Shown: positions 1 to 12,800 of the stretch, piece by piece
Position numbering within the stretch: position 1 is the stretch's first letter
Layout of the letters: every line of letters starts with the position of its first letter
Source: Sphaerodactylus townsendi
Lineage: Eukaryota
Length of the DNA stretch: 64,000 bases
NCBI RefSeq assembly: GCF_021028975.2
Contig: NC_059426.1
Location: 93,992,001 to 94,056,000, forward strand
Direction: 5' to 3'
Notes under the pieces: generated by a model
The model's database searches: none
Seen by the model: the letters and a program-made list of their open reading frames with translations, nothing else
What the model was told of the DNA's origin: nothing
Made by a program: the position numbers and the translations under genes

Positions 1-126
1 ACATTGTCAAACTTTTCACAAAAGTACACTTGTCAATATCATTTGATGTTTTGGTTTCCTTCACTTCATGAAATGCCACAACACAGTAGCATGCAGTGAT
101 ATTTATTACATCACAGGAATTGCAAT

Positions 127-1980
127 TAGGCTTGGAGATTCGGGTGTGCTGAATCCCGAATTCAGCCTGAATCTGGGCACATTCGGGAATATGCGGGCCA
201 AAATCGGCCCAAATATAAATGAATCTGAATGCAAGGCATTCAGGCTGGGTTTTTTTTGTTTTTTTCATGTTTTGGCCTGCAGGGGGTGCATTTTTAAAGC
301 TAGTGGCACCAGAATCTCGCAGTCACATTCGGAGACTGTCCTGATGATGTCATCCAGGTTTGGTGAAGTTTGATCCAGGGGGTCCAAAGTTATGGACCCC
401 CAAAGTGGGTACCCATCCCCCATTGTTTCCATTGGGAACTAACAGGAGATGGGGCTACCCCTTTGAGGGTTCATAACTTTGGCTCTCCTGAACCAAACTT
501 CACCAAATTCAGGTGGTTTTATCAGGACAGTATCTGGATGATACCCCAAAATTTTGGTTCCAGTAGCTTTAAAAATGCGTCCCTGACAGGCACCCCAATA
601 ATTTGCCCAGATTCTCTGCTATGAAGTGCCTTGGCTCCATTGTAGCCAATGGGGAATTTCTGAGTGTGTAAGCAGGCTGCACTTTTTTGAAGACAGAGAT
701 ACCAATTGTCAAGGTGGCTCCAGGAGGCCCTTCTAGCTATAGCATCCAGGCTTGGGGAACTTTGCTTCTGGAGGTTCAATTTTATGGGCCCCCAAAAGGC
801 TTATTTTGTTTTCCCACTCCTACACATGAAGTCTGCTGGCTGAGTTCTCTCAGAACTCTCTCAACCTCCCCCCCCCCCGCCCCCAGAAGCAAAGTTCACT
901 AAGAGTAGCTGCTAATACCAGGAGGGCCTCCTGGAGCCACCTTGAAAGTCTGGTGCCTCTATATTCAAAAATGTGCAGACTACACAGAAATTCCCCATTG
1001 GGTACAATGGAGCCACTGCAGAGCACAGAATCTGCCAGGCTCTTCAGCAAGTTCTATGGTGGGAAAAATTAATTAACTTTTCCCATCATAGACTTCAGTG
1101 GGGCTTGCTGTTATGCCCAGCTGGCTCTGTGCTGGAGATTTGGGGAGAGCTCTGGCGAGGGGGTTGTTCTGGGTAGGGGCATCTAATTTCCTGCAGAGCT
1201 GCTGGTGTGAGTCAACCAGCCAACTTTGCTAAAGTTTGCTTGGGAGGGGCAAATGCTGTGGGGCACCCAGTTGAAGGTGAACCTGATGCCCACAGAACAA
1301 GTGCCCAGTCATCCAAACGTTAGCAAAATTTGCTGGCTTGGTGAACTTTGCTTCTGGGGGTGGGTTGAGAGAATTCTGAGAGAACTCAGCCAGCAGGCTT
1401 CATGTGTAGGAGTGGAGAAACAAAATAAACCTTTTGAGGACCCATAAAATTGAATCCCCAGGAGCAAAGTTCACCAAGCTTGGATGCTATAGCCAAGATG
1501 GAGTACAATGGAGCCAAGGCACTGCAGAGCAGAGAATCTTGAGCAATTTATTGGGGTGCCTGTGCATTTTTAAACCTAGAAGCACCAAAAGTTCAGGGTC
1601 TCATCTGGAGACTGTCCTGATGATATCACCCAAGTTTGGTGAACTTTGGTCCAAGGGGGCCAAAGTTATGGACCCTCAATGGAAACAATGGGGAATGGGG
1701 GCACCCCCTTTGGGGGTCCATAACTTTGGGCCCCCTGAACCAAACTTCACCAAACTCAGTTGGTATCATCAGGATAGTATTGGTATTATCAGGTATTATC
1801 AGGCCCTGCAGGCACAAACACGAAAGAACCACCAAAAAAACAAAAAAAAATCAGATGGACCCAAATTTTTCAGGTATACCTGAGTATGTTATTGGTCTTA
1901 TTCAGGCATACAGATAATTTTATGGCTAAAAAAATCCAAATCCGAATTTTACCACATTTCTAGGGTATTGACCAAGCCTA
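127..1980. mobile_element. Non-autonomous hAT-type element with nested internal palindromic modules
   Basis: TIR taggcttgg/ccaagccta; 8-bp TSD attgcaat (119-126)/attgcaac (1981-1988). Confidence 0.8.
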
Positions 1981-2121
1981 ATTGCAACCCTAGTTCTTTC
2001 AATAAAACAATTAAAGCATCAATTAATTTTGTAGCCTTAGTGAAAAATGCAAATTCTACATTAGGATTTTTAAGAAGGTGATTGAAAATAAATTAAAATT
2101 CAGATGTGAGTTTCTTGGAAC

Positions 2122-2307
2122 CGGTGGCGTAGCACCAACGGGGCCGAGTGGGGTGCAACGCCCTGGGTGAAACAGCAGCAGGGGCATGGTCGGGCCACAG
2201 AGGGGCGTGGCGATCCAGGGGCATTCCAGGGTGGGACGGGGGCAGACGGCACCACAGCAGGGGCACAGGGCATGCGCGTGCCCTAGGCACAGTTTCCCCT
2301 CGCTCTG
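2122..2307. mobile_element. hAT-type MITE (cagtggcgtagc-like family, degenerate)
   Basis: Left end cggtggcgtagc; imperfect 8-bp TSD cttggaac/cctagaac. Confidence 0.55.
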
Positions 2308-2631
2308 CCTAGAACCATCTGGCTAGCCATTGCTAGGAAGGGGAAAAAACATATACACCCTCCGTCTGATCAAATGGAATTATTACATATGTAAATACTC
2401 TCCATATTCAGTTCCCTTGAACGAAGAGGAAGCCAGGATATAAATGTTCTAATGATAAATACCTAGAAGCAATGTCCTTATTTTGAATAGCTTATTCCTC
2501 ATATTTGATCTCTGACCTTGCTATGTTGATGCTGGAATAAGAGCAATGGAAGAAAGTTATATCAGACCCACCTTAAGCCTACTCCAAGCTATGCTTGTAC
2601 ATTCAATATTACTGATTTTCACAGCCTACCA

Positions 2632-2716
2632 GCACAATCCTATGCACATCTATTCAGAGGTAAATCCACTGTATTCAGTGAGGCATACTCCTAGTAAAGC
2701 ATTCATAGGATTGCAG
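2632..2716. mobile_element. Short hairpin MITE-like element
   Basis: Inverted ends caatcctatg...cataggattg; a related copy lies at ~23271-23358. Confidence 0.45.
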
Positions 2717-3059
2717 TGACAACTGATTCTCCTGCCTTTATTAAGTACCTATTGTTATACCAGCTCCCAAACACAGCACAACTGAAGATCTTATGGTTCA
2801 CAATGATTTTTAACATGACCCGATACATATTTACTTATTTAGAAAATATATATGCTACAGTGAACCGCTTGAGATAGTTGCAACGAAAACAAAACAAGCC
2901 AAAGCCATTACAATCAATTAATTAAAAAGAAGGCAGAGCATAAACATTGCATAAACAGAGCATAAACATGAGCGGCCTCAATTTACACTGACAAAACAGT
3001 CCCCAGGCTAGAAGAGAGCTAATAATTTCCATACCATCAAGCCAAAAATGGCTTTCAAA

Positions 3060-3710
3060 ACGTATGGCTGAAATTGGTGCATAACAAAATACAAAGCCTG
3101 GGCCTTTCCCTTGAAACCCTGAACCAAATGAACCTCTACTCTGCATGCAAGCTAATTAAATCTAGCATTTTACAGTTTGATAAATGGAGTATATGTTTGA
3201 CCCCTCCATTTATGAAGACCCTACCTTCATACTGTAGGCTTATAACAGTTCCCAAATATGGAATACTGTTCTCTTAAGAAAGACTCTATGTTCTGCTATT
3301 AGGAGAACTAATACACTTCATGGGATCCCCTTCTGTAAGCAGTTCTGTGACTACAAATAGGGCGACTTAGATACCATCTGGCATTTGTTTTTACTGTAAG
3401 AAATATAAAATGGCCCAAGAAAAATGGATTACTAGATACGCCCCCAAATGGATCCCTGGTATAAAATAGAAGCTTGTAGCCAAGTCACTAGCAGATACTG
3501 ATCTAAGTATGATTTTGGCAGTTGCAAAATGTTTGTCTATGGCATTTAATGATATTACTTTTTAATTTTCATTGTAAAATCCTGTTTATTCATTATTTTA
3601 TGAAAGTTTTATAAAACTGAATTCTGTATATATGAATTTTGAATATTATGCCATTTACAAATGTATTCTTTTTGCACACAGCTAGTTGGACTATGAGGAT
3701 CAAATAAAGA
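3060..3710 (+). mobile_element. Degenerate L1/Tx1-like LINE 3' relic
   Basis: Interrupted frames resembling ORF2 C-terminus; ends near aataaa. Boundaries approximate. Confidence 0.35.
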
Positions 3711-4524
3711 ATGAGACTAAATGATGAACCCCTTCAGGTCTTTAGGGGTTTGTTTTTAAAAAGGTTTAAAATTTTGAGAGAGATAATTTGGTAACAACAT
3801 TGTTGTTTTGGTTACGGATAAGTGTTCTGATGTAAAAAGTGCTTGAGGTGAGAGACTCCATTGTTAAGATATAATATTACTTTTGAGTAAAGGATTGAGT
3901 TTCATTTAAATGGATATTTGATTTGTTTTGAATACTTGGGAGAAGTTATTTGAGATCTTACATTAGTGGTGCTTTTGTTGATGTATCATGTTAGGTAGAA
4001 GTCTGGGCAAACCAAAAAATGTGTTAACCAGGTGCCAATAAAGGATAGTAAGGTAAGCGTCAGGTGACCCTCAAACAGGAGGGCATTTGTTGCTGAAGAA
4101 TTTTCCTGGTTCACAATATGAACACATGCATCTTTATAACATTTCTATCTTATTATTCTCAAAAATGTTATAGGATGCATGATTTCCTCCTCTATGTTAT
4201 CGTGAAAGCAATTTCATTAAGTAAATTAGGCTAAGAGCCCCACTGACCCCAAGTCACCCAGAATGCTCCATAGCCATGTGGGAATTTTACCCTGGTCTCT
4301 TAAATATTAGCCTGACACTCTAACCAATACACAAGTCTGGCTTGTCTCCAATCTGAGGCAAGTGTTAGGACCAAATAACGTTTCCTCAGCTTGGACAGCA
4401 ACTATGTAAAGTGTGTTATCATGGTTCTGATCACATCAAGGGAAAATACAATGGGGAGGACAGGAATAAAAACAGCCTGGAAATAAATTCTCGTAGAAGC
4501 TGGAATATATCTATGATTCTATTA

Positions 4525-4948
4525 CAGTGATGGCGAACCTATGGCACGGGTGCCAGAGGTGGCACTCAGAGCCCTCTCTGTGGGCACTCGCATACACATC
4601 TAGGCTGGCCTGGGCCACTGAGCACGACATTTGCGCACTGCGGTGAGCAGGAAGGACTCGGCTGGCGGGCCTGGTGCCTGTGCTCTGGGTGGCTGCTGCC
4701 CAAGGGGGGGCACAGAGGAGGCAGAGATGCTAGAGAGGCACAGAGCGGTGCGCGCGGGACTTGCTGGAGACTATAGCAGGCTGGCCCCTGCTCGAGCGGG
4801 TGGGGCGGAGGAAGGGGGAGCCAACCTGTTTTTTTTAAACTAACACCTCAGCATTCAGGTTAAATTGCCGTGTTGGCACTTTGCGATAAATAAGTGGGGT
4901 TTGGGTTGCAATTTGGGCACTTGGTCTCAAAAAGGTTCGCCAACACTG
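4525..4948. mobile_element. hAT (Charlie-like) MITE
   Basis: TIR cagtgatggcgaacct/aggttcgccaacactg; perfect 8-bp TSD ttctatta. Confidence 0.9.
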
Positions 4949-5596
4949 TTCTATTACATCCTACATCCACAAACAATACATCAAGGGTCTCCAAATTCAA
5001 CCCAGAAAAAAACCCTAAATTTTAATGCTATACAAATGATTTATGCTATACAAATTATTATGTGCATCTTTACAAATTAGTTTGAAGAATAACTTTTCCT
5101 TCAGCAATTAATACAGCGAAAGGATTTATACCAAGCAGTAAAGTACAATCCTTTAACAATTTTAACATCTGATCAGTACCCCACCACTAGCCCTAGGATT
5201 TACCATACTATCCCTGAAATTCTTTTAAAACTCAGTGAAACTATAATAGTACTTGGAAGTTGTTTAAAAAAGTAAAAGCTGGCATTTTCAAAATGCAGAC
5301 TTTCATACGTAATACAAAATTCCAAACTATTAAATCTTGATTTCAAAAACTACCTTTCCTTATTTAATATTGTACTTGCTCAGTTGGATATATCAAAAAT
5401 TGAATAGGAAGCTTCACTGTAAAATGGACATCATCATGAAGCTGCAACTTGACCTCTGAATATATGGATCACTACAAATTTACATTTGCAATTGTCGAAC
5501 TTTTATTTAGTTAGTTGTATATGCCATTCATTATCCTTATAAAACCATATATAACCAGTACAATTTGCTCAGCAAACAGGATTTCCATATACTTAC

Positions 5597-5726
5597 ATCA
5601 TATCCACTATTGCGAATACCACGCCTTTGCCTCTCTCGGGTAACCAGAAGATCCATTTCTGTTTCGCCTGGACTAGGGCTGTTTAAGGACTGCCTGCTTC
5701 GGTAAACTGAGTTCTTGATCTGCTGC
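5597..5726 (-). CDS. KIAA1549L: KIAA1549L exon (130 nt, phase 2-0): RQQIKNSVYRSRQSLNSPSPGETEMDLLVTRERQRRGIRNSGYD
   Basis: Acceptor gtccag|, donor GAT|gtaagt. Matches KIAA1549L; the next exon was not found in 1-5596. Confidence 0.96.
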
Positions 5727-7055
5727 CTGGACAAGGGTAAAATAACATTTAAATGAGATCTAGTTACATAAATATGTACTGTTATTTTAAAAGTAACATA
5801 ATCTTGACCTGAGCAAAAGAAAAAAAAAGTTTATTTGTTTGGAAAGAAACTGGTTAACACTTGATCAATTTTGCAGTGTTCACAAAAGAAAAGTATCATG
5901 CACATCACTATATGACTTGCAAACACACATACAGACACAGTTGTTAATGATGAATACACAATTATTCTACAAATGCTTTTATTCCACTAGCTAGTCTCCT
6001 GATTTTCACAGTGCTTGGGACTTACAAATAATTTAATGTGACCATCTCAATCCTTCCCCAGATGAGCTCTGAGGGGAAAGGGCAGGATACAAATCTCATA
6101 AAATAAATAAATAAATAAATTTCAGAACTTCAACAAATGGCTTAAAATGGAATATAAATTTGACACAGTTCTAGCAGTCATCTCTGCTGCTTTGTTTTCC
6201 TCAGTTCTTCCATCAACCCAAAAGCAGAATGTGTGACAGAGCACTTAGAAGCAGTTGTGTCTACTGCTGAACCCAAACAGGAGAAATTTAGTGTTGAGGA
6301 GACAATGGTGACCAGGGGCGTAGATACCATGGGGAAATGTTGGGACAAACGTCCCGGGCGCCCATCATTTGATCACGTGGGGGCGGGGGCACAGAAAAAT
6401 TTGGGTTCATTTCTATTTTTTTGTATTTTTAGTGTTTTTATTTTGTCGGCCGGCAGGGGGCGCCGTTTTTAGGCTAGTGACACCAAAGTTTCAGGCGATC
6501 ATCAGGTGACACTCCTGATGATACCAGCCAGGTTTGGTGAAGTTTGGTTCAGGGGGTCCAAGGTTATGGACCCCCAAAGGGGGTGCCCCGACCCCCACTG
6601 TTTCCAATGAGAACTAATAGTAGACGGGGCTACCCTTTTGAGAGTCCATAACTTTGGACCCCCTGACCCAAACTTCACTAAACTTAGGAGGTATCATCAG
6701 GATAGTCTCCTGCTGATACTGCCCAGGTTTGGTGAATTTTGGTTCAGGGAGTCCAAAGCTATGGACCCCAAAGTGGGTTCCCCATCCCCCATCCAATGAG
6801 AGCTAATAGTAGATTGGGCTACCCTTTTGAGGGTCTATAACTTCAGGACCCCCTGAACCAAACTTCACCAAACCTGGGTGGTATCATCAGGAGAGTCTCC
6901 TGAAGCTAGCCTGAAATTTTGGTACTGCTAGCTTAAAAATTGATCCCCTTACAGGCACCCCCAAATTTTCCCCAGATTCTCCCTTTAAATCCACCCTCTT
7001 TGGAGTGGATTTAAAGGGAGAATCTGGGTTCTCTAGATTAAAAAAAATTGAAAGT

Positions 7056-7340
7056 ATTGTCGAAGGTTTTCACAGCCAGATTCAGATGGTTGTTGTGGGT
7101 TTTACAAGCTGTGTGGCTGTGGTCTGGTAGATCTTGTTCCTAACGTTTCGCCTGCATCTGTGTCTGGCATCTTCAGAGGTGTATCAGAGAGAAGTCTGTT
7201 GTAAGAGAAGTCTGGACACAGTGAATAACAGACTTCTCTCTGTGATACACCTCTGAAGATGCCAGCCACAGATGCAGGTGAAACATTAGGAACAAGATCT
7301 ACCAGACCACAGCCACGCAGCCTGGAAAACCCACCACATC
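7056..7340. mobile_element. Inverted pair of Penelope-like pLTR fragments with two hammerhead motifs
   Basis: Arms ~7087-7200 and ~7226-7340 are reverse complements. Each has CTGAAGA-stemII-GAAAC. Flanked by aaaattgaaagt/aacattaaaagt. Confidence 0.8.
7138..7180 (-). ncRNA. Minimal type I hammerhead ribozyme motif (Penelope-type)
   Basis: Minus strand cct-CTGAAGA-tgcc...ggc-GAAAC-GTT-agg: stem I cct/agg, palindromic ACGT helix III, NUH triplet GUU. Confidence 0.65.
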
Positions 7341-7770
7341 CAACATTAAAAGTGATGCTGTTTCAGGCTGGATTCCTCCACCCCACCCCAAAACAGCATC
7401 ACTTTCAATGTTGTTTAAACTAGGGAGACCAGAGTCTCCCTTTCAGGTAGATTTAAAAGGAGAATCCGGGCTCTCTAGTCAGCATCACTTCCAATGTTGT
7501 TTAAACTAGGGAGCCAAGAGTCTCCCTTCAAGGTGAATCTGGGCTCCCTAGTTTAATATTGAAAGTGATGCTGTTTTGGGGTGGACCCCCCCCCCCGAAA
7601 TAGCATCATTTTCAATGTTGTTTAAACTAGAGAGTCCAGATTCTCCCTTAAAGGTGGATTTAAGAGGAAAATCTGGGCTCTCTAGTCTAAACAACATTGA
7701 AAGTGATGCTGTTTCAGGGTAGATCCCCCCACAGCATCACTTTCAATGTTGTTTAAACTAGGGAGCCCTG
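7341..7770. repeat. Tandem array of alternating hairpin units
   Basis: Repeated aacattgaaagtgatgctg...cagcatcactttcaatgtt and gtttaaactagggag...ctccctagtttaa. Confidence 0.75.
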
Positions 7771-10700
7771 GGTGTACAGATTTGTGAGTTGGGGCATGTT
7801 ATATAATGTAATGGTGACTTTGAGATGATCTGGTGCAAAAAAATCATTCTTCTGTTGTGGGGGGGATTGGTCGGCCATACAAAGGGCCCCCAGAAAACTC
7901 AGATTTTGCCCCAGGCTCTATTTTCCCTAGCTATGCCTCTGATGGCGACTAATTTCAAGAGGAGACATCCATTTTAGACAAATTGGGGAATCAGACTGAA
8001 GATTTGCCACTTACAAGCCTTGGCATTAAGGAAACAACAACTTAGATAAAGAGGTATTAATCTTTTTCGCTTTGGCGGTTCCCCTCCTCCACTGGGACCC
8101 TCGGATGGCTGGTCCTTCCCACCTTCCCTGACCTGGGGGTTGTCCACCCCAGATGTTGATTTTTCCAGTTGGCCCAAGAAACAACCATACCCACAGGGTG
8201 CCTGCCGTAGGCGGCAACCCTCACTTCCTGCAGTCCCTCACCAATTGGCCTTCTAGCCTTCCTCGGGGCAGGACTAGCCTTCTAGCCTTCCTCGGGGCAG
8301 GGCTAGAGCTCTCCTGTGTTACTACACAGGGAGTGGAGGGGGTTGGGTGTGGCTCCCACCCTGTTGCTTCACAGGGGTGGAACCAGTCTGGGGTGAGGCT
8401 CTCACTCGGGCGAGGTACACCGGTTTCCAGGCACTTGTCCTCCCACCCCACTTCCCACCACCGTACTTCCCCTCCTAGCTGTGTTCCACCACCCTTCCCA
8501 GCCCCTGCTGCTGCGGCAACTCCCGTCTGCTCGTTCCCCACTCCCTTATATCCCCTTCCTCCTCTCATTTCCCTCCCTCACCCCAGCTGCCGCTCTCAGC
8601 TTTCCCTCACAGTCATCACAGCTGTGGGGGGTCACGCCCGCCTGGGTTTGGAGCCATGCCCCGCCTTTGCCTCCTCGGCAGTCGGGGCTGCAACCACCTC
8701 CTCTGCCACCATGGGAGGCCCTGCCGCTGCCCCGCATGTCTGTGGGCCTCCACCCCCCCCTGCAGTCCTGGCTCTGCCCAAGGGGCTGGGGCCCCCCGCC
8801 GCCCGTGGTGGTGAGCGGGCGCGGATGGCCCATCTGGGTGCCGCGCACCCCCCTGCTGTGCCTGACGAAGCACATGCGGGGCTGGCTAGTCAGAGTGCCA
8901 CGGCAGCTGTCATGGCCAAGCCCAGACATTGGCCTTTTAAACAGGAAGCTCATTTGGCCACCAAGTCTGAGTCAGAAGTCAGATCAGACAGAGTCATTGG
9001 GACTGAGGCAAGCAAAGGAGTATGAACCCTCTTTGAAGATTTCTCCATGGGAGTATCCACCAAAGTAAGAGACTGTCTTCACAAAGCGACCTTAAGACCT
9101 GAGACACGTTCATTTCTGGCCTTTGGAATAAAAAGGCAGCAAGATGGGTAAGTCTCAAAGACATAAGTTGCACCAAGGCAGAAAAGACATTCATTATGGT
9201 CATCATTTTTGATCTGTTTTCATTCTACACTGAGAACATTTCTTGAATAATGTCATCTCAACAAAGATGAATGAAAAGAAAAACTCTGAGATAAATGAAG
9301 TGCTCAGCTGAAGTCAGTCTTCTTTCCAAGACAGTGAAGAAAGAACTGGGGGAGGAGCATTCTCCCCACCTCCGTCATGTGACTGGGCAGGAAACCAGAC
9401 TGTTCTCGGCTCTGGAGTGGGAGGGAGCACTCTAAGGCTGTTTTTGCACAGTCAAATTATCCCAGGGTAGAACTGGAATCTTTCATACTGCAGCTGATTT
9501 GTCATGGTTTGTCCTTCAGCACAGCTCCCTGGTGCTTCCAAGGAGTCGAGGCAGGACCTGGATGTAATGCCCCAGCAGTTTCCGCACTAGCCCACATCTT
9601 TTTCCATTTGTACTGTGATCTCTTCCGTGATCTCTTCCACACATGCACAGACAACCATTGTTTCCCGCATTCTGATTGAATGATTCTCCCCCCCATTCCC
9701 CCACTCACTTTCACAACTGTAGCTTTAAATGACTTTGAACCCAAAACTCCTTCTGTGTTGATAAAAGACATGGCTTTGATAGCAGTGGAAAAAAAACACA
9801 GAGGGAGAAACTGCGGATTTAGACAGAAGAAGTGGGCTTGACAAAAGGCAGTGGGAAATGGCCCTCCTCGAACCCCTCCGCATTCCCCTTTGCCATCCAC
9901 ACATTTGCTGGCTCCAAAGCCAAGAGGAAAACAGCTCTCCCGCTGCCACCCCACATTTCCCTCCACCATCCACACATTTGCCGGCTCCAAACCCAATACA
10001 GATAAAAGGGAAGGGGGAGCAAGTCTATCAAGCAACTGCAAGCACTTCCTAAGTCAATGCAAACATTTGTTGCTCCCAGAGCCTGTTGATTGGTGGGGCA
10101 GGCCAGAGCGGCAAGGCAGGAAAAGGCTCCAGTTCTGCTCCAGGTGCATTTGCGCAGTGCGGGGTCACACAGGGATATTGGAAAAGAACTGCCGATTTTG
10201 CCATTTTTGAAAGTTGCAGAGCAAAGGCAATATCGTGGGGGTGACGCCGGGGCCACACCAAGGCAGACCTGCTGCAGCTTCGGGAGCCGTGCAGAATTTT
10301 CTGCTGCACAGAGATATTTCTTGTGCTCACACAAGTGCAATTTTGCCATGAAAAAACAGCTAAAGTGTTCTGAAGCTTCTAAAAGACTTCTGTCAGTTCT
10401 CTGTGGCCGGCTTGCACAGTCCCACGTAGGAATGCACTGAAGACACAACAAAGGAGTTTGGTTTCCAAAACAGAGGCAGTGTGGTATCAACGACTGATTT
10501 CCAGTAGTTGTTACAAAATGCTATTATACAATAAAAAGTCATCAGTGTAACTTCAGTACACGAAAGCTTTTGTATTATCATTCAGTTTTTCATCATAAAA
10601 AGTCCTGTACAAGAAACCATGCAGTTTAGCACAGGCCATAATTCCAGTTAAATGTTCCAATTAAATGTTCTGATCAACAATAACAACAACATACCTACAA

Positions 10701-10946
10701 TCGTATTCCTTTCCAACTTTCTTCTTAGAATCATAGCATAGCAGTCAAAGGGCCTACTTCTTTGAGCAAATGCACCTCACCAAACACAGGAATCGATTCT
10801 TCCTAGGCAAATAAGTGTTACTGCATATCACCATTCCTCAACATCTACGCTAATTAGGCTGAAACACTTTTCTTCATAATGTGTCCCTTTTGTGGATGGA
10901 ACCAAGGGTACAGACATGGGTAAGCATAAAGTAGGTAAATACTCAC

Positions 10947-11164
10947 CTGTTTTTGGGTTCTACAAATGGGGAAGATCCATCTGTATCAGGATCCAAAATA
11001 TGATCTATTTCATTTTGTGCATTTTCATACATCTTTTTCCTCTCTACCAGTCCCTTGTTGTTATCAACTTGAGGAAAATCATAATACCCTTTCCGTTTGG
11101 CTTTCAGGCGTAATTTGTTGCGATAGTGCTCTATATCAGACTTCTGCTTGAGGGCTTTATTAAC
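10947..11164 (-). CDS. KIAA1549L: KIAA1549L exon (218 nt, phase 0-2): VNKALKQKSDIEHYRNKLRLKAKRKGYYDFPQVDNNKGLVERKKMYENAQNEIDHILDPDTDGSSPFVEPKN
   Basis: Acceptor ccttcag|, donor AG|gtgagt. HYRNKLRLKAKRKGYYDFP family motif. Confidence 0.97.
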
Positions 11165-12447
11165 CTGAAGGTAAGTAAAAACAAATTTAAAATGACAACA
11201 CCAAAATAAATTATTCTAACTAAACTAAAATTAGAAATTAGTTTTCATGGATAACATGTGCAAGAATACCTTCACGTTCACACCCATAGTCTAAATTAAG
11301 AGATTCACATATATACAGATTAATCTAATCACACTATTACCAGTATTCAGGTGAAGACAAACAAATTTATTGTGGCATAAGTTTTAGAGCCTACATTATG
11401 ACACTGATATGAAAAAAACTGTTAGTCTTTAATGTAAATCAAATCACTTTGATTTTGCTACTCCACTGATTATGAAATGCCAAATTCATGTGTTTTTTGG
11501 CAATCATTTTTATAGCTTATAGATTGCGTCTAATAACTGAAGGAACAGGGTGGAGTTATATTATTTGTAGTGTTAGAGCCATATTTTAATTTCCTAGACA
11601 AATGTTGATAGACCCTAACAAAATTGTAGTAATTGATCCATAGGCTTTCATGGAGATTAAAATGGGACACCATTATGAACTACCTGTGCCAAGCCCTAAG
11701 CAAATCAAGCCCTAAGCAAATCAAATCACAATAGTATTGAACTAAGAAACAGGGGAATTTGAAAGCATTCTTTGACTAAGAGCTCCCATTCTGAGACATC
11801 TGTTTACTTTTTCCAGTCACCATTCACCTTATGTGTAAGTATAAGTTATAATTTTCTGGGTCCACTCCTGGGCCCAGTCAATAGATGAGGTTTCCTTGTT
11901 TGGAACTCAATTCCCAGGTGCATACAAGCCAGATTATAGATTGGGAGCAGGGCTTAACTATGCAATTCAAAGGAGGTGGGCTTGAAGCCGCACCCATCGT
12001 GCCATGCAAACTGGCATGGACAGAATCTGGCGTACAAACACTTAGGTTGGCGAAAAGCAGAGCAGTAGTGCGGCACCCGAACCCAGAAATAAAGTTGGAT
12101 GCGATTGCTGCTGTGCCATTCAGGTCTGTGCTGGCATCCCGGGAGGGGGTGGGGTGGCATTCCCAGAGGTGTTTCCAGTTATTTTTAGACCAGGAATGCC
12201 CCCTTTCAGGGGTACATATTTACACAAGCAAACTGCATGGCATAATGCATTCTTAGGGAATGGACTAACTGGGTAGAGATGAATGTTTTCTCTCTGCTGG
12301 CACCCGTGCTACTGATTCCCTCTTTGGGAGAAGTGATGCAGTGCTGTCCCTGGCTGCCCCCCTACTCTCTCTCTATTGGATTAGAGTGTAAGTCTTCCTC
12401 TCCCCATGTTGTTTTCCCAGCCTGAAAAGGCAAAACTACATGGAGCT

Positions 12448-12535
12448 CAGTGGCGAAGCCACCAGGGGGAGGGGGGTGCGCCATGCACCAGGCGCATGGA
12501 TTTGGGTCACGCATTCTGGCCCAGCTACGCCTCTG
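12448..12535. mobile_element. 88-bp hAT MITE
   Basis: TIR cagtggcgaagc/gctacgcctctg; perfect TSD atggagct. Confidence 0.88.
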
Positions 12536-12800
12536 ATGGAGCTTGCATGTATACTTCAGACAAGTTGTCCTAATTTAGCAAAAACAGGCTCTGTTGGTTG
12601 GGAAGGCTCTTGTTCTTAGACTGCTTTGTGGCAGCTTTTATATATTCAGAGTGCCAGAAACAAAAAAAATGTTTCATATCCTACTGGATTTTAATATCTA
12701 TGTCAACCATTCACTGACTAATAATCCCTTAACTCTGAATATTTTATGAAGACTTGTCAATACACAAATCAATGCATAAAATAATCAATGGGATATGTTC

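Larger units (their letters stand above)
6313..7941. mobile_element. Non-autonomous hAT element with palindromic modules, a hairpin array and a nested Penelope insert
   Basis: TIR caggggcgtag/ctatgcctctg; 8-bp TSD atggtgac/atggcgac. Confidence 0.85.

Noticed and set aside
7341-7770. CRISPR-like palindromic repeats
   Set aside because: Eukaryotic context, non-unique spacers, no cas genes; lies inside a hAT element.
8153-9068. 290-aa and 195-aa ORFs
   Set aside because: Overlapping Pro/Ala/Gly-rich frames on both strands in a GC-rich repeat-like block; no recognisable domain.
11168-11176. Perfect plus-strand donor AAG|GTAAGT beside a minus-strand acceptor
   Set aside because: Explained as the complement of the pyrimidine tract; no antisense exon evident.
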